From contig CAZAZU010000001.1 in the NCBI GenBank assembly GCA_964490105.1, forward strand, positions 306,361 through 370,360: a stretch of DNA of 64,000 nucleotides, in the 5' to 3' direction. The position numbers were made by a program, and so were the translations under genes. Under the pieces are notes generated by a model. The model was not told the origin of the DNA and made no database searches. It was given only the letters and a program-made list of their open reading frames with translations. Position 1 is the first letter of the stretch; every line of letters starts with the position of its first letter. Positions 49,998 through 59,637 of the stretch are shown in pieces. The stretch comes from an uncultured Gammaproteobacteria bacterium. GTDB lineage: Bacteria > Patescibacteriota > Microgenomatia > Levybacterales > UBA12049.

Positions 49998-51158
49998 CTA
50001 TTTATCTTTATGCTTTAGGAGGTGCGGAAGATCAGTTCTATAATTCATGACATATGAGGGATAGTTATTCCATGGCGTAGATTCTCTCTCAATTTGCCTG
50101 ATATGAAAATGGCTCTCCTTTTCTTTATCTTTTTTATTTAGAATTTTTTCATAAAGCTCTTCATATCTGTCCACCATAGTTTCCACGCTAAAATTTTCTA
50201 GTGCAAAACTGCGTGTATATTTCCTGTCAATTTTTCCAATTTTTTTAATTGCATTTTTCATTTCATTTTTTGTGCGCGCCATATATCCTGTCTTTCCATT
50301 TTGAATTACCTCAGGAACAGAACCTTTATTAAACGAGACAACTGGGCAACCTGTAGCCATCGCTTCAATCATGGTTAACCCGAATGGTTCTCTCCAAGTA
50401 ATCGGGTTAATTAAACAAAGTGCCTGACTCATCAACTTATTTCGTTCAGATGTCGTTACCTCACCTATCCATTTAATCTTAGAATTAAGATTTTTCTTTA
50501 TAAATTTATCGAAATAATCCTGATCAGAGACATCTAGTTTTGCTGCAATAATTAATGGCATGTTTAATTCACGAGCTATTTCAATCGCAATATGTGTTCC
50601 CTTAATTTTTGTTATTCTCCCAACATATAAAAGATATCCTCTCGGTTCTGCCCCGAATGGATATCCCTTGAAATTTATTCCATGCGGAATGCACGTAACT
50701 TTTTTGAGATTTACATCTTTTACTTGATCCTTTGAAATTGAAACATAATATGGATTTTTATGCTGCTCCAATAGTTTTTTTGTTCCGGGTCTTATTCGCC
50801 CATGAAGAGTAAGCACTGTCGGAGTCTTTGAATTATTTGCGCTTTGGACTCCAAAGGTACTGTTATGTTCATGAATAATGTCAAATTTATCATTATGTTT
50901 GTATGCGCTCTCTATATGAAACATGCTCCAATCTAGTGCTTCTGTTTTTGCAAGATTTGATTGCCTGATTGATTTTGGGTAGACAGAACTAAGCTTTGCG
51001 GATGTTCTAGAGTCCCCTGTTGCAAAAAGAGTTACATCATGACCTCGTTTTACTAACTCCTCTGTTATTTCGCTGACAACTCTTTCTGTTCCGCCATATT
51101 TTCTAGGAGGAACTCTTTCTATAATAGGAGCGATTTGGGCGATTTTTAGTTTTCTCAT
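49998..51158 (-). CDS. Glycosyltransferase family 4
   Basis: VPPRKYGGTERV and WREPFGLTMIEAMATG motifs. Confidence 0.92.
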   Translation of the reverse strand: MRKLKIAQIAPIIERVPPRKYGGTERVVSEITEELVKRGHDVTLFATGDSRTSAKLSSVYPKSIRQSNLAKTEALDWSMFHIESAYKHNDKFDIIHEHNSTFGVQSANNSKTPTVLTLHGRIRPGTKKLLEQHKNPYYVSISKDQVKDVNLKKVTCIPHGINFKGYPFGAEPRGYLLYVGRITKIKGTHIAIEIARELNMPLIIAAKLDVSDQDYFDKFIKKNLNSKIKWIGEVTTSERNKLMSQALCLINPITWREPFGLTMIEAMATGCPVVSFNKGSVPEVIQNGKTGYMARTKNEMKNAIKKIGKIDRKYTRSFALENFSVETMVDRYEELYEKILNKKDKEKESHFHIRQIERESTPWNNYPSYVMNYRTDLPHLLKHKDK

Positions 51159-51243
51159 ATTGCAATCTTTCTGCTAACAATATAATTGCAAGGGATAATA
51201 GAAGTATTAGATAAGTGTTAGAAATGGATAAGTAAAAAGGTGA

Positions 51244-52554
51244 CTAGTCGTGCTTTACGAAGTCAAGAAGAGCTGCGGCACTCCATGCTTGAACTCTGCA
51301 GCTTTCCTGTCCTCTAAAATTTTTGTATAAGAAATATTGACCTTCTAAGTCCTTCATATATAATTCAATTGGTGTACCAAAATAGGCTATCGGCTTTAAG
51401 GAAGCAATTCTTAATCTTTCTGCTTCATTCACAAAATCCCATTTTTCTAACCCCTCATAAACCATTCCATTTAATTTCGGCCAGAATGACCCGTTATGAT
51501 AAGAATTATTATTTGGATTAAAAGTTGGAGAAAGAGCACTCATGGTTCTAATTCCTGCGTCCGGATCAAACATATCAGAAAGAAATGATCTTTTTACGAT
51601 ATCAAATATATACTTATCTTCCAGAATTGTTTCCCTACTTTCACCCTCTGAATATGTTGCCCAAAGAATTAAAAGTGCATTTCCTGTAATGGTCTTAATT
51701 TGATTTTTATGACCGTCAAGCGCTTGAGACAAAAAATAATGATCAGAATCTTTAAAAATAAATTTCTCGTTAAATGCTTTTTTAAGATTTTTGGCAAAGT
51801 CTAAAAGCTCAGTGCCAAATCTACTGTTTTCTCCTTCCATTGGATTATCTTTAAAAAATTCTCCCCACTGCTTCAGAGCAAGCCATGCATAACCCTGAAC
51901 CTCAACTGGAGCGATCGGGTACAAAGGAAATTTTCCTAAAGTGTCTTCAAGGGACTCTGCTGAATCTGTCCATGATTGAACACGAAGTCCTCCGTGAACT
52001 CTATCAACAGACAATTCGTATTCAAGTAAAAAGTCTTTATCCATATCGCCATAATTTTTTATCCACACAAGTCCTTTTTCTACAAAAGGCAAAACAGTTA
52101 ATAGAAATTCGCGGTCTCCGGTTAATTTCCAATAATTATAAATTGCGATAAGAGTAAGAGGTGTCGAATCGATCGAATCATAGTTTCTTAAAATTTTATC
52201 AGGATAAACATACCAAGGTTTTGGGCGGTTTACTAATCTGTCGTATTTTTCTTTTCTAAATTCGTGAATGAATTTTCCTGGCTCCTCACCACTTTCTTTA
52301 TTAATACTTGTCCCCTGAAGAGCAGTAAGTTTTATTAAAGAGTTTCTAACAATTTCCCGAAGCTTTATCACATCAATCTCGCTATCCCCTTTATATGTGT
52401 CTAAAACTCTTAAAATCTTTAGGCAAGTAACAGCTGAATCTCTTCCAAAGATACATCCAAAGCATCCCTCTTTACTTGATGCGTAAATTCCTTCCTCTGA
52501 GGCTAGTTCTAATAGTGATTGGTATGCTATGTCTTTTAGTTTTGGCAGTGTCAT
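51244..52554 (-). CDS. Glycogen debranching enzyme-like (alpha/alpha)6 glycoside hydrolase
   Basis: IFGRDS, EEPGKFIHE, YDSIDSTPL, WTDS, EVQGY, YHNGSFWP and QAWSAA motifs. Confidence 0.85.
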   Translation of the reverse strand: MTLPKLKDIAYQSLLELASEEGIYASSKEGCFGCIFGRDSAVTCLKILRVLDTYKGDSEIDVIKLREIVRNSLIKLTALQGTSINKESGEEPGKFIHEFRKEKYDRLVNRPKPWYVYPDKILRNYDSIDSTPLTLIAIYNYWKLTGDREFLLTVLPFVEKGLVWIKNYGDMDKDFLLEYELSVDRVHGGLRVQSWTDSAESLEDTLGKFPLYPIAPVEVQGYAWLALKQWGEFFKDNPMEGENSRFGTELLDFAKNLKKAFNEKFIFKDSDHYFLSQALDGHKNQIKTITGNALLILWATYSEGESRETILEDKYIFDIVKRSFLSDMFDPDAGIRTMSALSPTFNPNNNSYHNGSFWPKLNGMVYEGLEKWDFVNEAERLRIASLKPIAYFGTPIELYMKDLEGQYFLYKNFRGQESCRVQAWSAAALLDFVKHD

Positions 52555-52719
52555 AAATTTCCTTTTTCCGATGAAGTTTTTAATTTTTGCGGATTTCTAT
52601 CAGTATACTTACACGATTTTTACATTTCAAGCAATTCAGCCCAGAATTCGTGTTTTCTTACATTTCTTATAGAAAATTAGCCTCGATTTTTCAAATTTTA
52701 ATAAATTTTAAAAAGGCCT

Positions 52720-53676
52720 CTAGTGGTTGGTCTTGCAATTTTTTAATACTTCTCGCATCTCCTGAGTAGTAACACATTCCATAATTTTTTCTCGGGTTGT
52801 AGCAGCATCAGAAAAATTATTTAAATATGTTTTACAAAACTTTTTCAAAAATGCTGGATTCTTCTCCGACCACGTAGCATCAAATAAATCTATGTGTCTT
52901 AAAAACAAATCAAGCCTTTCCTTTGTAGTTATTTTTTCAATATTTATTTTTCTATTAAACACCCAAGGATTCTGGAATATTCCCCGCCCTATCATGAATC
53001 CGTCACATTTATATATTTCGAACTTTTCATCAATCTCTTCATAAGTTTTTAAATCTCCATTTCCAATAATTAAAGTGTTTGGCGCTATTTCATCCCGAAG
53101 CTTGATAATTTCAGTCATCAAATCCCAATGAGCTGGAACTTTTGATAACTCTGCAACAGTTCTTAAATGAACGGTTAAAACGTTAATATTTTGGGTTAAG
53201 ACAAACTTAATCCAGCTTAAATCAAATTCATTAAAACCAATTCTAGTTTTTACACTTACTGGCAAATCTCCTGCGCCTTTTTTCGTAGCTTCTATTATTT
53301 CTCCAGCGAGCTTCGGATTTTTGATAAGAGCAGCGCAGCTTCCTCTATTTACAATTACCCTGTCAGGACAACCCATATTTATATCAATTCCAGAAAAACC
53401 TTTTTCCTGACACAACTTAGCAGATTTAGTGAACGCGCCGATATCCTTTCCCCAAAGCTGAGCGACGATTGGTGCTTCATGCGGATCAAATCTTAGAGAT
53501 TCTTCAACTTTTTCTGCGCCTTTTGAATTCAATCCTTCTACATTTGTAAATTCTGTAAAAAAGACATCCGGCCTGCCGATTTCATTTATGATTTCGCGAA
53601 AAACGTAGTCAGTTACTCCCTCCATAGGAGCTAAAACTGTAAAAGGACGCTTTAAATCTTTCCAAAAATTAGACAT
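52720..53676 (-). CDS. dus: tRNA-dihydrouridine synthase
   Basis: LAPMEG, DINMGCP, SVKTRIG and IGNGD motifs. Start at ATG 53676. Confidence 0.93.
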   Translation of the reverse strand: MSNFWKDLKRPFTVLAPMEGVTDYVFREIINEIGRPDVFFTEFTNVEGLNSKGAEKVEESLRFDPHEAPIVAQLWGKDIGAFTKSAKLCQEKGFSGIDINMGCPDRVIVNRGSCAALIKNPKLAGEIIEATKKGAGDLPVSVKTRIGFNEFDLSWIKFVLTQNINVLTVHLRTVAELSKVPAHWDLMTEIIKLRDEIAPNTLIIGNGDLKTYEEIDEKFEIYKCDGFMIGRGIFQNPWVFNRKINIEKITTKERLDLFLRHIDLFDATWSEKNPAFLKKFCKTYLNNFSDAATTREKIMECVTTQEMREVLKNCKTNH

Positions 53677-53698
53677 GAGGCTAATTATACCTAAAAAC

Positions 53699-53728
53699 TT
53701 GACAAACACCTAAAAAGGGGTTTATTCT
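53699..53728 (+). promoter_or_regulatory. Sigma70-type promoter of a small standalone transcript
   Basis: TTGACA (53699-53704), 18 nt spacer, TATTCT (53723-53728). Confidence 0.5.
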
Positions 53729-53744
53729 AATATTGTCTGTGTTA

Positions 53745-53840
53745 ATGCATGAATATGGACTTGCCGAAGAGAAAACTAGTGCTCGGAGGGACAAGAAGCG
53801 GAGTATTTTGCTACAAAATAGCAGAATAGCCAAAAAGTAA
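53745..53840 (+). CDS. Possible 31-aa small protein (alternatively a small RNA)
   Basis: MHEYGLAEEKTSARRDKKRSILLQNSRIAKK* lies between the promoter and a hairpin plus T-tract. Confidence 0.35.
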   Translation: MHEYGLAEEKTSARRDKKRSILLQNSRIAKK

Positions 53841-53841
53841 G

Positions 53842-53869
53842 AAGACCTACTCACAAAGCGGGTCTTTTT
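53842..53869 (+). terminator. Putative intrinsic terminator
   Basis: aagacc...ggtctt stem followed by a T-run. Confidence 0.5.
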
Positions 53870-54647
53870 ACTTTTTACCCCCAATTTCCTGAGAAGATCT
53901 TTTTCTGAATCGCTTTAAGACTCCTAATTTAACCAGCGCATTAGTTTCATATTGCTGAACAGCCTGACGAGATATACCTCCCAAAGCTTGAGCTACTTGC
54001 TCAAGAGTTAATGCTGGTCCTCCGTCTGTTCTAAATCTGAGTTCAATTACCTGCCTTTGTCGTGGACTTAAAGTATTAAATTCCGGCCTTCTCAACAATC
54101 TACGAGCAAACCGAGCCTCTTTTTCTCTTTCTATTCTTATCTGCTCATTAACTTGATCTACTCTATCTGCTCTCCTTTTCTCACCAGCTACTCTACTCGC
54201 TGCCCAGGCTTTCTCTAAAACACCAATCTGTCTTGTTTTAAACTGCGTATCCGTCTCATATCTTTGTCTCAATGAATCAGCTTGCTTTCTTCTTGCTTCT
54301 GGAGTATGAACCCTGGCATTCTTCTCCGCAACTCTAACAGGATCTGTATAAAAATCTTTGATTCCTGCAATTCTTCGATCTGTATAAACTGGGTCACTTG
54401 AACTTCTCATTACAATTCCTTGTCTTATCATTACTTGTCTAGCATGATCCCTAGAAAAACCTACCGCTCTTCCTACACCTTTCGAAGACATGCCTAAATC
54501 TTCGTAAAGAACTTTCATATTTGCATTTCTAAAATTTACGATCGGAGGAGTTTCTGAGGCTATTTCTACTCGCGATCTTACATCAGAATATCTAATTGCT
54601 TCTGCGGGAATTTCTGCTCTGGGGATACTTACTAGTCTTCTTTCCAT
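53868..54647 (-). CDS. Protein with N-terminal HTH, NUMOD3-like motif and C-terminal sigma-70 region 4 domain
   Basis: LSPRQRQVIELRF...LTLEQVAQALGGISRQAVQQYETNALVKL is sigma region 4-like; no region 2 recognised. Confidence 0.75.
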   Translation of the reverse strand: MERRLVSIPRAEIPAEAIRYSDVRSRVEIASETPPIVNFRNANMKVLYEDLGMSSKGVGRAVGFSRDHARQVMIRQGIVMRSSSDPVYTDRRIAGIKDFYTDPVRVAEKNARVHTPEARRKQADSLRQRYETDTQFKTRQIGVLEKAWAASRVAGEKRRADRVDQVNEQIRIEREKEARFARRLLRRPEFNTLSPRQRQVIELRFRTDGGPALTLEQVAQALGGISRQAVQQYETNALVKLGVLKRFRKRSSQEIGGKK

Positions 54648-54695
54648 CGCGAAATTATATCAAAGAGGCATTAAACTTTCAACTATAGGACTATA

Positions 54696-56042
54696 TTAAA
54701 GCGTGAATTCTTCGTTGTGGGTTGGAAGACTAATATCTGAAAGATTCAAATCACTTTTAAGCTTTTCCCTAAATGCTTTTCTGGAATCCTCATCCCCATG
54801 CACTAAGAAAACCTTCTTAACTCCTTTAATGTGTCCTACCCATTTCATAAGCTTTTCTTGATCGGCATGCGAGCTTAAAGATTCAATCTGACTCACCCTA
54901 GCATTTACACTTATGTTCTTTTTTTCAATCGTTATATTTCTAGCTCCTTCTAAAATCTTTCGGCCGAGTGTTTCATCTGCCTGGTAACCCACAAATAAAA
55001 TAGTGGTACTTGGTCTATTTAAATAGTTTTGTGCGTGATGTAATATGCGTCCTCCAGTCATCATTCCAGACCCCGCAATTATAACTTTTGGATCCATAGC
55101 TTCAATTATCCGCCTGCTCTCTTTCTGATCCTCAGTCACTACTAATCCTTCAAAATTAAACGGACCTGTTTTATGCGCTTTTAACTCATCATTAAAAAAT
55201 TCTCTGAAATCTCTAAAAATAGTAGTGACCCGAATTCCCATAGGCGCATCTAAAAATACCGGAATGCTTTGTGAAATTTTCCCGTCTTTTTTTAAATGCT
55301 TTATCTTATGGAGTAAATCCTGAGTTCTTTCGATTGAAAATGCAGGAATGAGTAAAACTCCACCGCTTTTGTCAGTATTATTAATTTCTTCTTCAATTAT
55401 TTTTAATGAGTCTTCTTTTTTATGAAGCCTATCTCCATAAGTAGTTTCCATTACTACAAAATCAGCTTCATCTATTAACTCAGTTGGCGGAACTAAATCC
55501 TCAGGACTATTTCCTAAGTCTCCGCTAAATATAATCTTTTTTGAATTTCCATCTTCATTTATTACGACTTCTATAGTTGAGGAACCTAAAATATGCCCGG
55601 CATCCTTAAAATTAAAGGTAAAACTTCCAATCTTAAGCGGCCTATTATAGTCAATAATTTCTACCATATTTAGGATTTTTTCTACCTCTTCACCGCTATA
55701 AAGAGGGAATCTGTCCTTCTTTTCCATGGAAATCTTGGCAGAATCATTTAGAATAATTTCAATCAGTGAAAGCGTGGGGGCAGTCATATATATTTTTCCT
55801 TTAAATCCTCCGTATGCTAAGAGGGGCAATCTTCCACAGTGGTCCAAATGAGCATGAGTTAAAAGAATGGCGCTTAAATCTGAGGCTTTAAAATCCAGTT
55901 TTTCATAATTTAAATCTTCTAAGAGTTTTCCGCCCTGAAACATTCCAAAGTCCACCATTATTTGTTCATTTGCATCAGTTGTCAGAAGAAAAGAAGAACC
56001 GGTCACTTGACCGGCCGAACCCATGAATTTAATTTTTGCCAT
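54696..56042 (-). CDS. MBL-fold beta-CASP RNA-processing nuclease
   Basis: THAHLDHCG, AGHILGS, FSGDLG, SSHADQ and VHGD motifs. Confidence 0.93.
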   Translation of the reverse strand: MAKIKFMGSAGQVTGSSFLLTTDANEQIMVDFGMFQGGKLLEDLNYEKLDFKASDLSAILLTHAHLDHCGRLPLLAYGGFKGKIYMTAPTLSLIEIILNDSAKISMEKKDRFPLYSGEEVEKILNMVEIIDYNRPLKIGSFTFNFKDAGHILGSSTIEVVINEDGNSKKIIFSGDLGNSPEDLVPPTELIDEADFVVMETTYGDRLHKKEDSLKIIEEEINNTDKSGGVLLIPAFSIERTQDLLHKIKHLKKDGKISQSIPVFLDAPMGIRVTTIFRDFREFFNDELKAHKTGPFNFEGLVVTEDQKESRRIIEAMDPKVIIAGSGMMTGGRILHHAQNYLNRPSTTILFVGYQADETLGRKILEGARNITIEKKNISVNARVSQIESLSSHADQEKLMKWVGHIKGVKKVFLVHGDEDSRKAFREKLKSDLNLSDISLPTHNEEFTL

Positions 56043-56086
56043 CTTTAAAATTATATGTGGAAGGAGGAACTTTTACCAGAAGCTAA

Positions 56087-57202
56087 TTAACTTTTAAGTC
56101 TTGAGACGACTTCTTTCATGAGTTTTTCCAAACCAATATTATTTTTTACCGAAATAAAAATAGGTGTATACTGCCTATAATCTTCCTCTAACCTAGATAA
56201 GTCTTCTTTTGAAATTTTATCTATTTTATTAAAGACATATATTACCTTAGACTCGTCGATTTTAAGATCATTTAAAATTTCTTCAACTACTTTTAATTTT
56301 TCAAAGCTTTCATGATCTGATGCATCAATCAAATGCAAAATTACATCCGCATGAATGGACTCTAGAAGTGTCGATTTAAAAGCCTGAATAAGACGAGGCG
56401 GTAAATTTCTTATAAAACCAATCGTATCCGTAAATAATACTTTTCGAGAAAGCTCCTTAACATAAACTTCTCCAACCACACTATCAAGGGTCGCAAACAG
56501 AGCGTTTTCTACCAAAACATCTCTTCCTGTGAGCTTATTAAATAAATTACTTTTGCCGGCATTCGTATAACCCACAATTGAAACTGTTTTATAGCCTTCT
56601 TTTTTTCTTCTCTCAATTCTCTTTTCTCGTTCATCGGTTAATTTATCCAGCTGATCATTAACTTTTTTTATCTCATTTCTCCAGTGCCTTTTCATGAGCT
56701 CTGTATTAGTTTCCCCAACTCCAGATGTCCCAATTCCTCCGCCCTGGCGAGACATCACAAATCCCATTCCATAAATTCGAGGACCCATATATCGCATACG
56801 AGCCAGTTCAATCTGAAGCTTCGCTTCTTTGGTTACAGCATGTTTATCAAAAATGTGAAGTATGAGATCCACTCGATCAAATACCTCAATGTTAGGATTT
56901 ACTTTCTGAAGTGCAGATTTAAGGTTAAAAACTTGCTTGGGTTTAGCAGTTTTATTTAAAACGACTACGTCAATATTTTTCTCTTTTACAATTTCAGCGA
57001 TCTCCTGTACTTTACCTTTCCCGACAAATGTAGCCATGTCTGGATTATTTAACTTCTGAATTACCCGATCGATTATTTTTCCACCTAATGTGTCGATCAA
57101 TGATTCGAGCTCTTCACCAGAATCGATTGATCTTTCTTTATTTGCTCTAGGATTTATGACGTGAATAGGTAAAAATCTAAGAAGCAGATTATTTTCTTTC
57201 AT
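56087..57202 (-). CDS. hflX: GTPase HflX
   Basis: EAKLQIELA, GYTNAGKS, FATLD, DTIGFI and NKID motifs. Start at ATG 57202 after TGtTATAAT. Confidence 0.95.
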   Translation of the reverse strand: MKENNLLLRFLPIHVINPRANKERSIDSGEELESLIDTLGGKIIDRVIQKLNNPDMATFVGKGKVQEIAEIVKEKNIDVVVLNKTAKPKQVFNLKSALQKVNPNIEVFDRVDLILHIFDKHAVTKEAKLQIELARMRYMGPRIYGMGFVMSRQGGGIGTSGVGETNTELMKRHWRNEIKKVNDQLDKLTDEREKRIERRKKEGYKTVSIVGYTNAGKSNLFNKLTGRDVLVENALFATLDSVVGEVYVKELSRKVLFTDTIGFIRNLPPRLIQAFKSTLLESIHADVILHLIDASDHESFEKLKVVEEILNDLKIDESKVIYVFNKIDKISKEDLSRLEEDYRQYTPIFISVKNNIGLEKLMKEVVSRLKS

Positions 57203-57243
57203 GCCCCTCATTATAACAGCATGCGTATGTCAGAAGTTAGTTT

Positions 57244-57282
57244 CTAATTCTTCTGCCTAAGAAATGCTGGTATGTCCCAAAC
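57244..57282 (-). repeat. att junction carrying the displaced ftsZ 3' end ([12 protein letters not shown])
   Basis: Reverse complement reads gtt tgg gac ata cca gca ttt ctt agg cag aag aat tag. Core agaaatgctggtat at 57260-57273. Confidence 0.92.
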
Positions 57283-57360
57283 AGCTTTAATTTTTAGCTT
57301 CATTTCTTACTAAAAACACCTAAGAAGAATGTATAACTTTTATGAAATGGAGTCAAGCGA

Positions 57361-57858
57361 TTACTTTACAGTTCTAGTTTCAGAATTCGGTAGGGTAATT
57401 GACCAATATATAACTTGTGACCAAGAGTTAAGATTTTTACTTTTTAAATTTAAATACCAGGTTCCTGCTTTAACATGATTAAATCTAGAAACGGTTTTAT
57501 ATGTGTCTACTAATGGTCCTGGATTGGAGCCTGGATATTTAGAGATTGAAACGCTATATCCAAGGCTATCCTGTATGTTTTCCCAGTCAAATTTAATACT
57601 GTATTCATTTTTCTGACTATTATAATCATTAGTAATTGTAGCACTAACTGGTATTGGCGATGGGGTAGGAGTCGCTATATAACGCATTACTGGAAGTTGA
57701 ACAGGAGCACTCCCGCCATTGTGATAATGATATGTACCAGCACATGCACCTACATTACAATTATGTCCTCCCGATGAATCTGTTCTACCAGAATGTGCGT
57801 AAACACCAGAAACAGATACGAGCAAGAGAATATATACCATCACTAATGTTTTTTTCAT
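57361..57858 (-). CDS. Secreted YHYH-motif protein with C-terminal beta-sandwich
   Basis: Signal peptide followed by AHSGRTDSSGGHNC...YHYHN. Confidence 0.8.
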   Translation of the reverse strand: MKKTLVMVYILLLVSVSGVYAHSGRTDSSGGHNCNVGACAGTYHYHNGGSAPVQLPVMRYIATPTPSPIPVSATITNDYNSQKNEYSIKFDWENIQDSLGYSVSISKYPGSNPGPLVDTYKTVSRFNHVKAGTWYLNLKSKNLNSWSQVIYWSITLPNSETRTVK

Positions 57859-58022
57859 TAACCTTGCTTATACTTCATTTAGGTTGAGAAATCAACCTTT
57901 ATTAAAGGTGCTGTTATTATTTAGTGGGAGAAATACCCATAGGGATTTATTGATAGCTTCATTATTTACCAAAAACTCCGGTAAATTTATAAGATTATTA
58001 ATGACAGAGGATCATGGGGCTA

Positions 58023-58337
58023 TTAGTAAGGTTCCGACACACTCTCTATCTCTTCAAGACTTTCAAGAGCATATCCCATATCATCGTAAGGTTCCCAGGC
58101 GTATGATTTTGCAGAATTTATCGTATAATTAGCTTCTTCAATATTGCTATTTGCCTCTTCTAAGGCATTTTGAAGTTCTTCTGTTCTTCCAGTCTCCTCA
58201 TCGTAGGCATTAAACCACTCTTCTGAAGTTCGACCTTCATATTTTCCAGATCCCTCGAAAATAAAATAAACAATTAATGCTCCGATTACAATGCCACTTA
58301 CTGTACCGATCCAGCCGCCTTTATTTTCTTCTTCCAT
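58023..58337 (-). CDS. Membrane-anchored acidic coiled-coil protein
   Basis: N-terminal TM and heptad-like LQNALEEANSNIEEAN. Confidence 0.7.
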   Translation of the reverse strand: MEEENKGGWIGTVSGIVIGALIVYFIFEGSGKYEGRTSEEWFNAYDEETGRTEELQNALEEANSNIEEANYTINSAKSYAWEPYDDMGYALESLEEIESVSEPY

Positions 58338-58421
58338 ATTTTGCTTATACTCCTAAATTAGGAAAAAAGCAATTTAAATTGTATTTCATGAAATTTGGAG
58401 AGAACCTGCTATCATATTACT

Positions 58422-59090
58422 GTGGAAAGTCCTTATAGTGTATATAAATGGTTTACTCCACGCTTTGCATTAAACTACTTTGCACGTTTAGCTGTCGAAA
58501 AAGGTGAGCAAGCATATAAGGACAATAAATATAAAAAGGCAAGAGAAGCATGGATCTTGGGATTAGCATTACTGGGAATAAACAAACTTACAAATTTACA
58601 ATGGTGGCTTCAAGTTCCCAAAGACGACCCACCGGATATGCGAGCAATGACACTTGTATCAAATGAGCAAAAGAACCAAAATGAGATGAATCATCGTGAA
58701 ATAGAAATTACTCAGATTACAAAATATTCAAAAGCAGAGATAGAAGATGAGATATTAAAGAAATTAAAAAATAAATATTACACTAAAGAAACTTGTCTAT
58801 TAGTTTACATAAACAGAAATCAGTATATTAGTGATATGAGAAAAATTGCAAAAAAACTAGAGGGAAAAATAAATATTTCTGACATCTGGATTGTTGCATC
58901 TACATCAGTGGATTCGTCTAAGCATATCCTTTTTTGTCTACATCCACATATTCAAGTTCAAAATTTTGACTTATTCGAAGAAGCAAATAAAATCCCTCCC
59001 GGAGATTTAATTGAATTAAAACCTCTTTCTAAAGGAGTTAAAATGACTTTAGTTAAAAAAGTTCCTATATCTAAATTTATTCCTGAATAA
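58422..59090 (+). CDS. Hypothetical protein, possible PD-(D/E)XK nuclease fold
   Basis: AREAW helix, DDPPDM and EIEIT...KKLKNKY. GTG start 6 nt after TGcTATCAT. Confidence 0.55.
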   Translation: MESPYSVYKWFTPRFALNYFARLAVEKGEQAYKDNKYKKAREAWILGLALLGINKLTNLQWWLQVPKDDPPDMRAMTLVSNEQKNQNEMNHREIEITQITKYSKAEIEDEILKKLKNKYYTKETCLLVYINRNQYISDMRKIAKKLEGKINISDIWIVASTSVDSSKHILFCLHPHIQVQNFDLFEEANKIPPGDLIELKPLSKGVKMTLVKKVPISKFIPE

Positions 59091-59206
59091 CAGAATAAAA
59101 GTAACTTAAAAATATCCGCGTCGCATTTCAGTAATTGTACGACATAACTTTGAGGCTAGTTCACATTCTGTATTAGGTCATTGAGGCTAAGTACATAACT
59201 ATAAGA

Positions 59207-59632
59207 TTAATTACAGGGGAAGTTTTTGCTTTCTTTTTCTCCTTCCCACATCTGACATTTTATCTTTCCCGTACACTTATCAACCATATAAAAATTGCTT
59301 GCTGAATTAATGATTCCATTATTATTTGCTAATTTAATTGTCCAAACTTTACTTTTTTCAGGATCTTCATTCCATTCCATACCAACTAAATTAGGATTGC
59401 CCTCCTCTACTTTTCGCATCTCAATGAAGTATTCCTTAACTTCATCCAATTCATTAACAATATCAAGTGCTTGATTAAATGATATATTCTTACAAAAAGG
59501 TGTAGGGGTAACCATATTTTGCTTAACTTCCAAGAAAGGCATAGCAACTTTCCTTTTGCCAGCTTCAAATGAAATGAATATTAGAAAAACTGCTAAGAAC
59601 ATGAGCAACGATCCACCAATTAAATTTTTCAT
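59207..59632 (-). CDS. Hypothetical exported protein (PepSY-like small domain)
   Basis: N-terminal TM, ISFNQALDIV...FYMVDKCTGKI. Confidence 0.6.
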   Translation of the reverse strand: MKNLIGGSLLMFLAVFLIFISFEAGKRKVAMPFLEVKQNMVTPTPFCKNISFNQALDIVNELDEVKEYFIEMRKVEEGNPNLVGMEWNEDPEKSKVWTIKLANNNGIINSASNFYMVDKCTGKIKCQMWEGEKESKNFPCN

Positions 59633-59637
59633 TTTTC

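Noticed and set aside
57884-58132. 82-aa plus-strand ORF in the element
   Set aside because: TTG start, overlaps the better-supported minus-strand gene, and has no motifs.
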